Positions 62,857 through 64,000 of a stretch of DNA of 64,000 nt are shown here, piece by piece (within the stretch, counting starts at the first letter, position 1; each line of letters starts with the position of its first letter). The position numbers were made by a program, and so were the translations under genes. The notes below the pieces were generated by a model. It was given only the letters and a program-made list of their open reading frames with translations, was not told where the DNA came from and made no database searches. Origin of the DNA: Oscillospiraceae bacterium (GTDB lineage Bacteria; Bacillota; Clostridia; Oscillospirales; CAG-272); the NCBI GenBank assembly GCA_022009675.1, contig CP091718.1, forward strand, positions 1,609,225-1,673,224, written 5' to 3'.

Positions 62857-62862
62857 GATTTT
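62600..62862. repeat. 263-bp direct repeat, right copy
   Basis: See 6797-7059. Confidence 0.85.
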
Positions 62863-62872
62863 TATCCTCTCA

Positions 62873-63239
62873 TCAATCTTTTTTAAAATGCAGGTTGGGG
62901 AGTAAACCTGCCGTTTCTTCTATGTCACTTTCGCCTTTCCATGCTACAACAAACCGCACTTCACCACCGCACGGACGGTATCCTTTTGCCGACAGATTCT
63001 CAAGTTCCAACATGCGTGCCTTTGACAATTTTGCAACTTTAACAGTACGTCCGTCAAGTTCCGCATAGCAAAGCTATTCTGATTCCGACAACTCCGTATT
63101 TCTGCTGATTATCTTTTGAATAGTACACGTTCATATCGTCGGGCGAGGCAGTTTCAATATCAGCTTCAGTGTAACCGCACTCCAGAAGTGACAGCTCTTT
63201 ATACAACGACTCAAAAAGAATCAAAGACATATTGCGCAC
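62873..63239 (-). pseudogene. hypothetical protein upstream of the truncated PTP copy, one frameshift
   Basis: MSLILFESLYKELSLLECGYTEADIE... then ...ELDGRTVKVAKLSKARMLELENLSAKGYRPCGGEVRFVVAWKGE.... It ends 17 nt before the PTP ATG with GAGAGGA between them. Confidence 0.3.
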
Positions 63240-63270
63240 TTACTTTTTGCGCCGATTTTTTTCGCCGGTC

Positions 63271-63627
63271 TCAGTATTTGAAAAATTCAATTATGTCTCC
63301 GATCTGGATTTTTTTCTTCTTTTCTCGTCGAACAGCCGAAGCTCTATTGTTTTTTTGTACCTTCTTTATCGAAAAAGCCTTTGAATTCCGATTTGTCGTA
63401 CAAAAAGGCAACAATATATCTGTTTCACCAGATATAAAGGCATAGAAATCCCGTAAAGACGGCGAGTGAAAAGAAGAACGATCATCCTTTATCGCTCCCA
63501 GATCTTTTATTCTTTTGTCATCAATTCCGATTTCACTGTCAATATATACGATGGATTTTGCCCGCAGACCCGTAACCTTAGAGGTTCCCATAATTATCTG
63601 ATCTTCCGTCATTGAAAGTAAATGCAA
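63271..63627 (-). pseudogene. possible DnaQ-like exonuclease N-terminus, frameshifted
   Basis: SIVYIDSEIGIDDKRIKDLGAI could be an Exo I motif (DxE). The downstream part is out of frame. This is a weak call. Confidence 0.25.
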
Positions 63628-63646
63628 TAACTTTCATAAGCTTCTC

Positions 63647-63964
63647 CTACCGTTTTAATATCGTGAAAAAATTACAGGGAGAAGCAAGGAACGATTTCAA
63701 GGCATTTGATATAAATTTTACATAATTCTTGCGTCTCAATTCAGCATAAGCAATTACCGCGTAGTGTCGCATTTTTATATATCTAATATCACCTGCTTCT
63801 AACTGATCAAAAAAAGTTTTTTTGTACTCATAGAGCGCATTTTCGCCCTTAATTTTTCCATCTCCGCTTGACAAACCGCCGTCACCGGTATGAACGTACG
63901 CTTTGATATCACATCCCGGAAGGTATCCAAATTTTCCGCCCTCCTCGATGGCTCTCTGCATCAA
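63647..63964 (-). CDS. C-terminal part of a protein continuing beyond the window (glycosyltransferase-like?)
   Basis: The frame is open to the window edge; the listed M is probably internal. Confidence 0.25.
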   Translation of the reverse strand: MMQRAIEEGGKFGYLPGCDIKAYVHTGDGGLSSGDGKIKGENALYEYKKTFFDQLEAGDIRYIKMRHYAVIAYAELRRKNYVKFISNALKSFLASPCNFFTILKR

Positions 63965-64000
63965 ATAAAATTCATCACCTACATCTATTGACGCAAAACC

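Overview
This 64-kb window reads like a Firmicutes/Clostridia-type chromosome segment. That is my guess from gene content and expression signals; it is not verified. The left ~7 kb looks like core genome: a YdeI-like gene, a lexA-radical SAM operon, XRE regulators and a mutT-def-LMW-PTP cluster. The right ~1.1 kb also looks like core genome. Between them lies a ~55.5-kb mosaic island (about 7060-62599). It is bracketed by 263-bp direct repeats made of the 5' part of the phosphotyrosine phosphatase (PTP) gene. From left to right the island carries: (1) an AT-rich pair of an unknown protein and a membrane protein; (2) two tandem type II R-M systems, one HNH REase + C5 MTase and one HaeIII-like REase + M.HaeIII-like MTase with a controller-like HTH; (3) a DUF3990-like/HTH operon with palindromic operators; (4) a tRNA 3'-end remnant; (5) TnpV; (6) DUF2130 and AAA_13 (RloC/PrrC-like) genes; (7) a restriction-like locus with GIY-YIG/SF2 helicase + NPPY adenine MTase + HNH; (8) an IS5-family element inserted into a ThsB-like TIR gene, which is the last gene of a tight three-gene operon (Schlafen/AlbA_2-ATPase-HTH, 3-TM protein, TIR); (9) a LexA-like repressor bracketed by ~60-bp inverted repeats next to a large serine recombinase; (10) a tyrosine integrase / ImmA / truncated dinB remnant; (11) a ~23.5-kb RHS polymorphic-toxin array; (12) IS630 and IS256 fragments, a GNAT gene behind a leader-peptide attenuator, and an AraC/GyrI-like regulator. 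The RHS array has at least 11 core-tail fragments with varied C-terminal toxins (GIY-YIG, colicin E3-like rRNase behind a Hint domain, TM/glycine-zipper types) and immunity-like genes. I saw no rRNA, no complete tRNA and no CRISPR array. A large share of the genes are broken by +/-1 shifts at A/T (sometimes G) homopolymers, and a few carry in-frame stops. Many calls are therefore given as pseudogenes; the cause may be assembly error, real decay, or both. All family assignments come from motifs recognised by eye. No searches were run, and coordinates of frame-corrected genes are approximate.
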